A DNA stretch of 64,000 nucleotides, taken from positions 220,120-284,119 of the IMG/VR virus record IMGVR_UViG_3300028886_000034; one strand, written 5' to 3'. The notes below the pieces were generated by a model, which saw nothing but the letters and a program-made list of their open reading frames with translations, was not told the DNA's origin and ran no database searches. This document shows positions 8,377 through 18,559 of this stretch, one piece after another (the first letter of the stretch is position 1; the number at the start of each line of letters is the position of its first letter). Position numbers and translations under genes: made by a program. Source of the stretch: a virus. Taxonomy: Duplodnaviria > Heunggongvirae > Uroviricota > Caudoviricetes.

Positions 8377-11300
8377 TTGATTGAGAAGCATAACTTATTA
8401 GATACTGCAATTACTAAAGACTTCCATGAAAGAATTTTAACTATAGATGATACTAACGATACTGCTGTATTAAACAAATTACCTGTAGCTAATGAATATG
8501 GTTACTTAGACAATTCTTGGTTACAGGATTATTCTAGTTATAAGATTATAGACTTAGGTAAAGTAAGTTCAGACTATATGACTTCTTTAAATGAAACTGA
8601 GTATATAATTGTTATGACATTAGATAGCCCTAGTTTAGATGTATTATTATTTGGAGCTTCAAAGAACACCCCCTATAATAGGGCATTAGTTTATAGGTTC
8701 TTAATATTTAATCCTAATGGCTATACACTAAATTGGATTTCAAATGTAGAAGATTCAACTATTATTTGGAATACCTATTCTGAAACTGCGCCCACTTTAG
8801 ATAAAAATGGAACTTATGTAGAATTTATTAGCACTGATGATGGTAAAACTTGGTATGGTAATTCTTCTGCAAGAACTGCTTATGATATAGTCAATAACTA
8901 TTATACTAAGACTGAATCTGATGATAGATTTGTTAATGTTACTGGAGATACTATGACTGGTACATTAACTATCGAAGGATCTCACAATAGTGCTACTAGT
9001 AGAGGGCTTATTATTAAAGGTGATAATCAGAGTCATGCATTTATGGTTCAGGATACTAGCTTTAATAAAGGAACAGCTCCAGATAGTTATAAAACTGTTG
9101 AAGGTGTTGTTACTTTTGCAAATAATGGTCAATTAGGTTCTTTATATAGTTATGTTACACCACAGAACAAAAATAGCACTGTATTGAGAGCACACTCTAC
9201 ATTAAATAATGATAGTAATGATAATAATTACATTGCAGTTAGTATTGAATCCGATGGGTCTAAATCTACCTATGCCTTTACCCCAGCTACCGATGATAGA
9301 TCAAATAATATTGCCACTACCGAATTCGTAGGAAATCATTTTGATACCTATGTTGAGCATTGGTTAGTTCCAGATATGACTAGTACTACTAATGCTAAAA
9401 TATTATCAAATGATGGATATGATTCAGTATGGGTTGACTATAAAAAATTAAGATATGTTTATTATCCAAGTACTTCTACTACTGCAATTACAGTTCCAGC
9501 ATCTTATAGAACTGATGCAGTTATAACTGAAGTTTATAGAGATGGTGTTTTATTAACTGAATCTGATGACTATGTATTAGATCAAAGTACTGGTAGAATT
9601 ACTTTTAAAGATATTATTTTCAGTAATGAAAAGATTATAGTTACTACTGAAACGGCTGTTAAGGCACATAGTAATTCTGTTTATGATAATGTTACTATTA
9701 CTAATTCTTCAGCATCTACTCCAGATGTATCTGATAATAGTAGTAAAATTGCTACTACAGCTTATGTTAATAATTTAATTTCAGCTTTAAATATTGAATC
9801 TGGCTCTGGATCAGGGTCAAGTTCTGGTTCTATTTCGACAGTATCTCCTCATTTTACTGGAGTTCCTACTGCACCCACCGCAGCTGTTGGATCTAATACT
9901 AATCAGATTGCGACTACTGCGTTTGTTAATAAGGCTATTGAAGAATACGCTCTTAACGCATTTGATTCGATTACTATTACTGGTGTATCAACTGCTCCTA
10001 CAGCTAATGTTGGTACTAATACAGAGCAAATTGCTAATACTGCGTTTGTAACTAGAGCAATTAATAATGTTATAGATAATGCTCCAAGCTCATTAAATAC
10101 TTTAAATAAATTAGCAAATGCTATTGGTAATGATCCTTCATTTGCTAGTACAATAAATACCTCTTTAGCTGGTAAACTTAACACTGGAATTACTACAGAA
10201 GGCTCAGGCAATGCTATTACAAGTATTACTGAAGATTCTTCTGGTAATGTTACAGCACATAAAGGACTTACATTTAGTTTATCAAGTCATACACATGATA
10301 ATGATTATATGCCAAAGTTAACTGATTCTATTGGATCAAGTAATACGCCAGTTTATGTTAATAATAGTGGTTCTTTAGAAGCTTTTGATATTTCTTTAGG
10401 TAGCGATATTAAACATGTGTATTTCAATAATGGTAGTGTTACTGAATCTACTGCAATGGTAGGCAGTGATACTTCACCAATTTATATTAATAATGGAGAA
10501 TTTACAGTTTCAAATGCTACAGTAGGTAGTAATGATACTCCAATTTATTTTGATAATGGAGTTATTACGAGTACCAACAAAAGCTTTAGTGATTATTTAC
10601 CATTAGCCGGTGGAACTCTTAATGGTGAACTTACATTAAATGATGGATTAATTATTAATGACAATGATACGGACACACAATTAATATTCAATAGTGATAG
10701 TATCCAAGCTGTATCTGGTGGAAATAATTCTGATTTATATCTTAATGAAGATGGTGGAGCGGTGCATATTGGAAGTCAAGATAATGCAGAAGTTACTATT
10801 GAAAATGGAGTTATAACCGCCTCTTCATTTGTAGGTAATATTGATGGCACTTCTGAAAAAGCTTCTATGGATTCAGAGGGTAATGTTATTTCAACTACTT
10901 ATGCACCTTTAGTATCACCAGTATTAACTGGAACACCCACAGCACCTACTCCTGGAGCTGGAGATAACTCGTCTAAAATTGCTACCACTGCTTATGTTGA
11001 TTCAGCTATAAATGCTTATTTGGATGATATAAATGAATTTAAAATTAGTTCAATTCATTATCCTAATACTGGAGATACAACTATTACATTAACTGAATCA
11101 CAATCTATTCCCAATAATGTTGCTAAATACGCTATAGCAGTTTATAGAGATGGCATCTATTTAAACTCTGATGTAGATTATGTATTTGACCACGAAACGA
11201 ATACATTTACTTTTTTAAAAGAATTTGGCCTTGATGAAATAGTTAGTATACTCTTTACATATATGAGTAACGATACTCAGCCTACTATAGATATTGATGT

Positions 11301-11808
11301 AGATGAATATGAAGCTGGCTCTAATATTACTTTTACTAAAAATCCAACTACTAATAAAATAACAATTAGTGCAGCTAATCCAGATTTAAGTAATTATGTA
11401 ACTAGTGCAGATTTAAGTGGATATGCTTTAGCTAATCATACCCACAGTGAATATGCTACTCACGCTGATGTTAATAATAGATTTGGAATTGCAGTTGAAA
11501 AAGTAAATACTTTAACTTCTTCATCATCTATTACTATTGATCCTACTCAAGGGTCTATATTTACTTTAACTTTAGACACTAATACAACTATAAGTCTTAG
11601 CTCTATTAGTAATGGGTATTATACTACTAATGGCTCTTGCATTACTCTTATGATGCCAAGCAATAGTTATACAGTATCTTGGAGTAGTAATATTACTTGG
11701 ATTGATGGCGCTGCTCCAGACTTAAGTACTGGATACAATATAATTACATTTATTACACCTAATGGGGGCATCACATGGTATGGTGATGCCTTACAAATTG
11801 AATCTTAA
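8377..11808 (+). CDS. long tail fibre protein
   Basis: Repeated SPxxTGxPTAPT...IATTAFV, APSSLNTLNKLANAIGNDPSFA and LPLAGGT motifs; TTG start 9 nt after GGAGG. Confidence 0.85.
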   Translation: MIEKHNLLDTAITKDFHERILTIDDTNDTAVLNKLPVANEYGYLDNSWLQDYSSYKIIDLGKVSSDYMTSLNETEYIIVMTLDSPSLDVLLFGASKNTPYNRALVYRFLIFNPNGYTLNWISNVEDSTIIWNTYSETAPTLDKNGTYVEFISTDDGKTWYGNSSARTAYDIVNNYYTKTESDDRFVNVTGDTMTGTLTIEGSHNSATSRGLIIKGDNQSHAFMVQDTSFNKGTAPDSYKTVEGVVTFANNGQLGSLYSYVTPQNKNSTVLRAHSTLNNDSNDNNYIAVSIESDGSKSTYAFTPATDDRSNNIATTEFVGNHFDTYVEHWLVPDMTSTTNAKILSNDGYDSVWVDYKKLRYVYYPSTSTTAITVPASYRTDAVITEVYRDGVLLTESDDYVLDQSTGRITFKDIIFSNEKIIVTTETAVKAHSNSVYDNVTITNSSASTPDVSDNSSKIATTAYVNNLISALNIESGSGSGSSSGSISTVSPHFTGVPTAPTAAVGSNTNQIATTAFVNKAIEEYALNAFDSITITGVSTAPTANVGTNTEQIANTAFVTRAINNVIDNAPSSLNTLNKLANAIGNDPSFASTINTSLAGKLNTGITTEGSGNAITSITEDSSGNVTAHKGLTFSLSSHTHDNDYMPKLTDSIGSSNTPVYVNNSGSLEAFDISLGSDIKHVYFNNGSVTESTAMVGSDTSPIYINNGEFTVSNATVGSNDTPIYFDNGVITSTNKSFSDYLPLAGGTLNGELTLNDGLIINDNDTDTQLIFNSDSIQAVSGGNNSDLYLNEDGGAVHIGSQDNAEVTIENGVITASSFVGNIDGTSEKASMDSEGNVISTTYAPLVSPVLTGTPTAPTPGAGDNSSKIATTAYVDSAINAYLDDINEFKISSIHYPNTGDTTITLTESQSIPNNVAKYAIAVYRDGIYLNSDVDYVFDHETNTFTFLKEFGLDEIVSILFTYMSNDTQPTIDIDVDEYEAGSNITFTKNPTTNKITISAANPDLSNYVTSADLSGYALANHTHSEYATHADVNNRFGIAVEKVNTLTSSSSITIDPTQGSIFTLTLDTNTTISLSSISNGYYTTNGSCITLMMPSNSYTVSWSSNITWIDGAAPDLSTGYNIITFITPNGGITWYGDALQIES

Positions 11809-11828
11809 AGAAAGGATAGGTGAAAGCA

Positions 11829-13175
11829 TTGGCTAATCAAAAAACTAGGGTCGCTTTAGAAATGATTGACCCTAAACCTATGTCTGAAGAAGATATTGTA
11901 AATAATTATGCTCCTTTAAGCTCACCTGCTCTTACTGGAACTCCGACTGCTCCTACTGCTAATCAAAATAATAATTCTGATCAAATTGCTACAACTAAGT
12001 TTGTAAAAACTGCTGTTTCTGATTTAATTAACTCTGCTCCTTCTACTTTAGATACTTTAAATGAATTAGCAACCGCTTTAGGTAATGACCCCGATTTTGC
12101 TACTACAGTATCTAATCAGATTGGACAAAAGTTAGATACTAATAGTGCTAATTATGTTAAATCCTTAAGTATTAATGGAAGGAATATTACTGTAACTAAA
12201 GGTAATAATACTACCCAAACATTAACTACTCAGGATACTCATTATACCGCTAATTTAGTTGTAGGTACTTCTAATACCTCTACTGCTAATGCCACCACTA
12301 CTAATAACAATACTTATTTAAATACTGTTGAAAATGGATCTAAAAGTGGATCTGTAAAAATTACTGGATCAGGCGCTACTACAGTTTCTGCCGCTGGTGG
12401 TACCGTCACTATTAATAGCTCAGATACACATTCTACAACTCATCTATATGCAGGTAGTGGTTCAAATTCTAATGCTGCAACTACTAATGGTAATACCAAA
12501 TTAACTGTAACTGATAATTCTACAGTTAGAAATTCTATTACTATTAAAGGTACTGGAGCAACTACTGTAACTTCTAATGCAAGTGGTGTAGTTACTATCA
12601 ATAGTACTAATACTGTATATACCCACCCAGCTTATACAGCGAGAACTGGTAAGCCTACTGCAAATGCTACTCCAGCTTTTGGTGGTACTTTTACTATATC
12701 TCAAATTACTAGCGATGCTACTGGTCATGTTACTAATGCTACTGATAGAACAGTTAAAATTCCTAGTACTTTATCATCTACTTCAGCAGCAGGACTTTTA
12801 CCTAAATTAGATGGTAGTACTACCAAGTATTTAAGAGCAGATGGCACTTGGCAAATTCCTCCAAAACCAACTTCTGTAGATACTGCAACTAAATTAGCTA
12901 CAGCTAGAACTATAGCAATTCGAAACTGGACTGCATCTTGGAAAAATGGCGCTAGCGTAAATACAAGTACTACATCAGCTTCAACTACTTTTGACGGATC
13001 TGGAAATGCATATTTAGATATCGGGTGTAAATCAGGTTGTTCCGGAAGTTGTATTTCTTCATGTAGCGCAAATTGTAGTTCTGGATGTTCAGGGTCATGT
13101 AGTTATGATTGCGGCGGTTCTTGCGGAAGTAGCTGTAGTGGTAACTCTAGTGGGGATTGCTGCGATGGTAATTAA
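11829..13175 (+). CDS. tail fibre protein with C-terminal CXXX-repeat Cys-rich peptide
   Basis: SPALTGTPTAPT, APSTLDTLNELATALGNDPDFATT, TATKLATARTI..FDGSGN fibre motifs; ends CKSGCSGSCISSCSANCSSGCSGSCSYDCGGSCGSSCSGNSSGDCCDGN; TTG 11829 fits the SD better than GTG 11820. Confidence 0.85.
   Translation: MANQKTRVALEMIDPKPMSEEDIVNNYAPLSSPALTGTPTAPTANQNNNSDQIATTKFVKTAVSDLINSAPSTLDTLNELATALGNDPDFATTVSNQIGQKLDTNSANYVKSLSINGRNITVTKGNNTTQTLTTQDTHYTANLVVGTSNTSTANATTTNNNTYLNTVENGSKSGSVKITGSGATTVSAAGGTVTINSSDTHSTTHLYAGSGSNSNAATTNGNTKLTVTDNSTVRNSITIKGTGATTVTSNASGVVTINSTNTVYTHPAYTARTGKPTANATPAFGGTFTISQITSDATGHVTNATDRTVKIPSTLSSTSAAGLLPKLDGSTTKYLRADGTWQIPPKPTSVDTATKLATARTIAIRNWTASWKNGASVNTSTTSASTTFDGSGNAYLDIGCKSGCSGSCISSCSANCSSGCSGSCSYDCGGSCGSSCSGNSSGDCCDGN
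13026..13172 (+). repeat. CXXX peptide repeat (10 Cys at 4-residue period plus terminal CC)
   Basis: Read directly from the translation; no other Cys seen in the preceding ~400 aa. Confidence 0.95.
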
Positions 13176-13228
13176 TTTATTGGGAGGTGACTATATCGTA
13201 GCTGTCTAACCGATTGCTATGTTAAATT

Positions 13229-13954
13229 ATGATCGAAAATTTTATTTTTACGCCAATTAGTAAAACTACTGAAGGGGTTAAACTCGCTCTACAGAATGGT
13301 ACAGCTTTAATAACTAACCGAGAACTTTTTAGCATTGATTGGAATAATTTCAATGAAATAGTCCCCGGGATATTTGTCGATAAGGACTTAATAAATGATT
13401 TTACTCCAGAGTATTTTAATACTTCTATAGTTGGTAAAAAGGCTGCTGCTCCACATAACGCATTATATATTGGCCTTCCATGTAATAATAAGATAAAAGT
13501 CTATGAGCCTGATGTAGAATTTTATGGCAAAGACAACACTTTATATAGAGAGTCAAATCTTGTATATCATAAAATAGATTTTGATACAGAAACAACTATT
13601 GGTGAGTTATATAAAAATGCTTGGAAGTATTCATATACTAAAACTTGGTATTCTAAATTAAGTGAAAAGAAAAGTTTACAGCAGCTTTTGAAGCCACTTT
13701 TAGCTAAAAAGATATTTAGACTGTATGGGTATCCTTCCGACAGATTAGCTGATTATGGAAGAATTATACTTTTCTTATTATCAAAAGTTTCTTTAACCGA
13801 TGATGAAAGGGATAAATTAAGTGTTTTACTAGATAATGCACCATCTATCGACGATATCTCTGATGTAATTGATAGAGAGTCTGGATTACAAAGCTTTGTA
13901 AATAAAGTTAAAGAAGATCCCTTAACATTTCTTAATAATGGATTTGTTGACTAA
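13229..13954 (+). CDS. hypothetical protein, possible accessory factor of the radical SAM system
   Basis: 241-aa ORF between the Cys-tipped fibre and the rSAM gene; no recognisable motif. Confidence 0.75.
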   Translation: MIENFIFTPISKTTEGVKLALQNGTALITNRELFSIDWNNFNEIVPGIFVDKDLINDFTPEYFNTSIVGKKAAAPHNALYIGLPCNNKIKVYEPDVEFYGKDNTLYRESNLVYHKIDFDTETTIGELYKNAWKYSYTKTWYSKLSEKKSLQQLLKPLLAKKIFRLYGYPSDRLADYGRIILFLLSKVSLTDDERDKLSVLLDNAPSIDDISDVIDRESGLQSFVNKVKEDPLTFLNNGFVD

Positions 13955-13971
13955 AAGAAAGGACGATTTGA

Positions 13972-16032
13972 TTGAAGCAATACGATGCTTTAAATTTTGT
14001 AAGTGATAATACCTTAGTAATATATGTAACTGGTAAATGTAACTTTAACTGTTCATTTTGTCAAAATAACTTCTTTATGCCTGAAGTAGATAACTGGACT
14101 CACGAATCTACTGTAAAGCTTAAAGAAGTTCTAACAGATATCCATTTTAGTAAAGTTTGTTTAAGTGGAGGAGAACCTACACTTAATGTAGATTCGTTTA
14201 AAGAAATTATATCAACTATACGAGAAATTAGTCCAGATTCTAAAATTGTCACACATACAAATGGAAGTATGCTTGACGACGATTTAGTTAAGTTTTGTGA
14301 AGATAATGAGGTATATTTAAATATCTCTGTAAGATTAAAAGGAGAAAAGGATCTTGATAATCTTATTAAGCATTCTAAGGTTAAAGATCGTATAGTTAAA
14401 TTAATTAAAAATATTAAAAATAAGGCAATTGCTTTTGTCTTTAATAAGGGAGAAGAATTTGCATCTGAGGCGATTTTATTGCATGAAATGTTTGATGCAA
14501 ATATTAGATTAGTAAGTAACAACCAAGAATGGAATACTTATACAGATAACGAAGTAGCCTGGATGGAATCAGAATGGAACAAAATTAAAGAGTATGATCC
14601 GGAAGCATTTGATACCTGGTGCTTAATTACTCAATTTAGTTATAAAGAACGAAGTGTATCATACTTTTATCAATTAAAAGGTAATAAATTGTTCAAAGTT
14701 CATGATTATCCATATAGTGAAAATGAACAATACATCCGTAAGATGGAACCTAATATGAAACGAAAGTTAGATTGGACTGCTAGCAAATTTATTCCAGACA
14801 ATTTACATAAGGCAATTCTTACTAATATTGAAAGTAAAAATTATATGATTATGACCGGTTTAGATTGTAATCTAAGATGTAAATACTGTTACGAGCATAG
14901 TAAAGAACCTACATCTAAGGCGGACATTCAAAAAGCTAAAATATTTTTAGATAATGTGTTTGAAAGGGATTTTGGTTCTCCTAATAGTAATAAGTTTGTT
15001 CATATAGTGTTAGATTTTATTGGTGGAGAACCTACCTTACACCCACAATTTATTGAAGAATGTATTGATTATGCACTAACTCTTTTTAAAAAGTATCAGG
15101 TATTTAAAATGGGTGTGACTTTCTCTACTAATGGTACATTATTTTTTACTGAAGGAATGAAACATCTTTTAGATAAATACGGCTATATGTTACACATAGG
15201 ATTTAGTATAGATGGTATTAAAGAGGTACATGATGCAGCTAGAGTTGATATAAATGGAAACGGGACATATGATAGAGCTGTTGAAGGATTAAGATACATT
15301 CAAAAGAATTATCCATATATTCCAGTTTCAGTTAAGGCCACATTTACACATCAAACCATGCGTCAATATGGAGATTCTATTATAAATCTTATACAGCTTG
15401 GCTTTAAACATATTGCTGCGAATGTTGTATTTGAAGAAACCTTTACTGATGAGGACACAGAAATATTACTGCCAGAATTTGCGAAAATTGTTGATTATAT
15501 GGTAGATAACGACTTATATGAGACAGTAGAATTTTTTCAATTAGACAACTTTAGAGTGCCTCCTTTAAGTTATACTCCAGTAAACGAATATACTAAAGAA
15601 AGTAACTGGTGTGGAGCTGGAACATATATTAATTGCCTTGGAACTGACGGTAAAGTATACCCGTGTATGCGATTCTGTACTATGACTAATCCATTAAATA
15701 TGGGGTATATTGATGTAGAAAACAAAACCATAGTTAGGGAAAATCAAGAGTTATTTGATGATATAAAATCTCAGTATAAAAGATGGCCCGAAGAATGTTT
15801 AAAATGCCCCATATTAAACCATTGTTCTTCCTGTGCTGCATTGCCATATGAAACATTCCCAAATGATAAGAATGCCGTTGAAAAGTACTTTAATTTAAAA
15901 AGACGATGCGGATGGGCTAATGCTATAGTAAGTGCTAGAGTATACTTTGCTGAAAGAGTTAGGGCTTTAAATGGTCTCCCACCTTTAATGATTTATCCAG
16001 ATGAACAAGATACTAGTGCTATTACTGATTAA
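13972..16032 (+). CDS. tandem radical SAM protein with C-terminal SPASM domain (CXXX-repeat peptide maturase-like)
   Basis: Two CxxxCxxC motifs (CNFNCSFC, CNLRCKYC), each followed by GGEP and TNG; SIDG; SPASM-type CGAG..DGKVYPC..CLKC.....CSSC..C. Confidence 0.9.
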   Translation: MKQYDALNFVSDNTLVIYVTGKCNFNCSFCQNNFFMPEVDNWTHESTVKLKEVLTDIHFSKVCLSGGEPTLNVDSFKEIISTIREISPDSKIVTHTNGSMLDDDLVKFCEDNEVYLNISVRLKGEKDLDNLIKHSKVKDRIVKLIKNIKNKAIAFVFNKGEEFASEAILLHEMFDANIRLVSNNQEWNTYTDNEVAWMESEWNKIKEYDPEAFDTWCLITQFSYKERSVSYFYQLKGNKLFKVHDYPYSENEQYIRKMEPNMKRKLDWTASKFIPDNLHKAILTNIESKNYMIMTGLDCNLRCKYCYEHSKEPTSKADIQKAKIFLDNVFERDFGSPNSNKFVHIVLDFIGGEPTLHPQFIEECIDYALTLFKKYQVFKMGVTFSTNGTLFFTEGMKHLLDKYGYMLHIGFSIDGIKEVHDAARVDINGNGTYDRAVEGLRYIQKNYPYIPVSVKATFTHQTMRQYGDSIINLIQLGFKHIAANVVFEETFTDEDTEILLPEFAKIVDYMVDNDLYETVEFFQLDNFRVPPLSYTPVNEYTKESNWCGAGTYINCLGTDGKVYPCMRFCTMTNPLNMGYIDVENKTIVRENQELFDDIKSQYKRWPEECLKCPILNHCSSCAALPYETFPNDKNAVEKYFNLKRRCGWANAIVSARVYFAERVRALNGLPPLMIYPDEQDTSAITD

Positions 16033-16072
16033 AAGTAGTAGCACTTCACATTTTATAAAGGAGGTGTAACAT

Positions 16073-18544
16073 TTGCCTGAACAGAAATCAAATCATATCT
16101 ATTCAAATAATCCTAGTATAATAGAACCTATATATCCTAAAGAAGAACTTATATCTGATGAATATGTGCAGAATATCTTGACCTCTGATATGGTAGCTGA
16201 CCTACCAACTCCATATAAGATTCCTGTATCAAATGCACAAGGTAAAATTGATCCTAACTGGTTATCAGATAATATTGCAACAACTACTTTACCGGTAGCT
16301 TCAGATGATATTGCAGGAGATAAAGATAATAATACAACCGTTATGACTCCTCATAGTACTTATATAAGTATTACGAAGAATGTTAAGGATGCATCTACTA
16401 CTCAAAAGGGAATAGTTCAATTAACTTCTAGATTAGATTCAGCAACTTTATTAAAAGATGATCTGGCAATTACACCTAAAGCATTAAAAGAGTATTTAAA
16501 TGACGGGTTTGCAATAGCTGATTATTCAGTTCCAGGTATTACTAAATTTGCTGAAATATCTACTCTTAATGCCGCTTTAAGTGCATCTAAAACATCTACT
16601 AATTCTGCATTAAGATCTAATGAGAATTATAGTAAATTAGCTGTAAACCCATATACATTATACAGGTATATTTCAGACAATAACCTTACCTTAAATAGTG
16701 ATGCAAATATTATCTTTAGAAAAAGAACTGAAAATGGTTCTTCTGCTACTTCGGAAGATATTGCTAAAATTACTGTAAATAGACCGGCTTCTTCTACAAG
16801 TACTTCTGCATTAAAAGCTACAGTTAAAAATAAAACCGCTACTCTTTTAAGCGTAAGTAGTGATGGAAATACTGTTAGTTCAAGTTTTCCCGGAACAGTT
16901 ACAGTAGATAATATTAAAATTGGTTCTACGGATATTGGTTCAAACAGTATCCCAGTCTATATTAAAAAAGGTGTAATATCGCCATGTACTGATATTGTAT
17001 CATCAATACAAAGTGCTATTGATAATGCCCCGTACTTACCATTGGCTGGTGGAACTGTAACAGGACAAATAACTATAAATGGTACTCATAATGGCTTAAA
17101 TAAAAGAGCTATTTTAATCACTGGTAATAATCAAAGTCATGCATTTGCTGTTCAAGATACTGGTTTAACTAAAGGTACTGCACCCTCTTCAACAAGAACT
17201 ATTGAAGGTGTCGCTATGTATGGAAATGAAATGGATAGCAGTAATAAGCTTATTTCTGATTTCTATACTACAGTTGATGCTAGTAATACTACTAAAACTA
17301 TTCTTAAAGCATTTAACGTATCTACTGCAACTAATCAAACTGGGTCTTCTTTAACATTAGTTGCTCAATCAGATGGAGCCAATTATGCTTCATTAAGTCA
17401 AACACCAGCTACTACAGATAACTCTACTAAAATTGCTACTACTGCGTATGTTAAAAATAATTTAAGTAATTATTTGCCTTTAGCTGGAGGTACAATAACT
17501 GGAGCCATTTATAACAAAGATACTGGAGCTACAAAAGGAACAAAACCAACTTCAAATAGATGGCAGTTGAATTATATGTATACCGATAAGAATAACGTTC
17601 TTTTTGGCGGGATGGAAAGAGGATATCTCTCAGACGGAACTAATAGAATAAATATGATCGTATACCCGGGCACAACTAATAATACGGACACCAATGCACA
17701 AATTGGAGTCGGGTTTGATGGAAGTGGAAATTGGTTTACATATGCCCCAACTCCAGCAACTTCAGATGCTTCTACTAAAATAGCAACTACTGCATTTGTT
17801 AAAGCACAAGGGTATATACCGAGATATACAAATGTAAGCGAAATGGGTAGATATATAGATATGCACTATGATAATTCTACTGCAAAATACGATTATGATG
17901 TTAGACTCTATGTTAATTCACAAGGTACTGCTGCTGGTAACGGCGAACTTAAGATCGCTGCATCTAAGGTTACTGCTGGGACTTTTTCTGGTAACTTAAC
18001 TGGTAATGTTAGTGGTACTTCATCTAATGTCACAGGAGTTGTTGCCATCAGACATGGTGGTACTGGAGCTACATCTAGAACCGCTGCAGTAAGGGCCTTA
18101 TTTGATGAAGGCGTAGAAGGAAGCGCAACACATCTTTTAGGAATTACTTCTGATTGGAGTAAATGCGGATATGTTTATAGAGATTCACTTAAATCTATTT
18201 TAGGCTTAGGGAATTATGCCACTACAGATTTTGTAAGATCTATGTTAAACACCCTATCAAATACTAGCAGTATTAACATTAATATTAATGGAGTGCTATT
18301 ACAGGGCGGTTTTAAGAAAGGCTCTGGATGGACTAATATACCTACGCCTATATCATCTTATATAACTGTAATAGCTACAAGTAGATCTAATGTAGGTAGA
18401 TGGGATAAGGGTGGGTGTACTATTACTGAAATACTTCAAAATTCCGAGGGGAAATATTATCAATTTTACATATGCTGCGATCGTTATCAATCAGGTAGCC
18501 CATTTGATTGGGGTGCTTTCTGGTTAATTTTAGGCAGAGTTTAA
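16073..18544 (+). CDS. tail fibre protein
   Basis: ASTTQKGIVQL, LPLAGGT x2, TPAT.D.STKIATTAxV, GGTGAT; gp53-like C-terminus (LLQGG...FWLILG). Confidence 0.85.
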   Translation: MPEQKSNHIYSNNPSIIEPIYPKEELISDEYVQNILTSDMVADLPTPYKIPVSNAQGKIDPNWLSDNIATTTLPVASDDIAGDKDNNTTVMTPHSTYISITKNVKDASTTQKGIVQLTSRLDSATLLKDDLAITPKALKEYLNDGFAIADYSVPGITKFAEISTLNAALSASKTSTNSALRSNENYSKLAVNPYTLYRYISDNNLTLNSDANIIFRKRTENGSSATSEDIAKITVNRPASSTSTSALKATVKNKTATLLSVSSDGNTVSSSFPGTVTVDNIKIGSTDIGSNSIPVYIKKGVISPCTDIVSSIQSAIDNAPYLPLAGGTVTGQITINGTHNGLNKRAILITGNNQSHAFAVQDTGLTKGTAPSSTRTIEGVAMYGNEMDSSNKLISDFYTTVDASNTTKTILKAFNVSTATNQTGSSLTLVAQSDGANYASLSQTPATTDNSTKIATTAYVKNNLSNYLPLAGGTITGAIYNKDTGATKGTKPTSNRWQLNYMYTDKNNVLFGGMERGYLSDGTNRINMIVYPGTTNNTDTNAQIGVGFDGSGNWFTYAPTPATSDASTKIATTAFVKAQGYIPRYTNVSEMGRYIDMHYDNSTAKYDYDVRLYVNSQGTAAGNGELKIAASKVTAGTFSGNLTGNVSGTSSNVTGVVAIRHGGTGATSRTAAVRALFDEGVEGSATHLLGITSDWSKCGYVYRDSLKSILGLGNYATTDFVRSMLNTLSNTSSINININGVLLQGGFKKGSGWTNIPTPISSYITVIATSRSNVGRWDKGGCTITEILQNSEGKYYQFYICCDRYQSGSPFDWGAFWLILGRV

Positions 18545-18559
18545 AGGAGGTGACATCAA

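Noticed and set aside
13972-16032. Anaerobic sulfatase maturase, NrdG or QueE-type role for the rSAM
   Set aside because: No sulfatase, NrdD or queuosine-pathway genes nearby; position in the fibre operon beside a CXXX repeat fits a peptide maturase better, though this is not proven.
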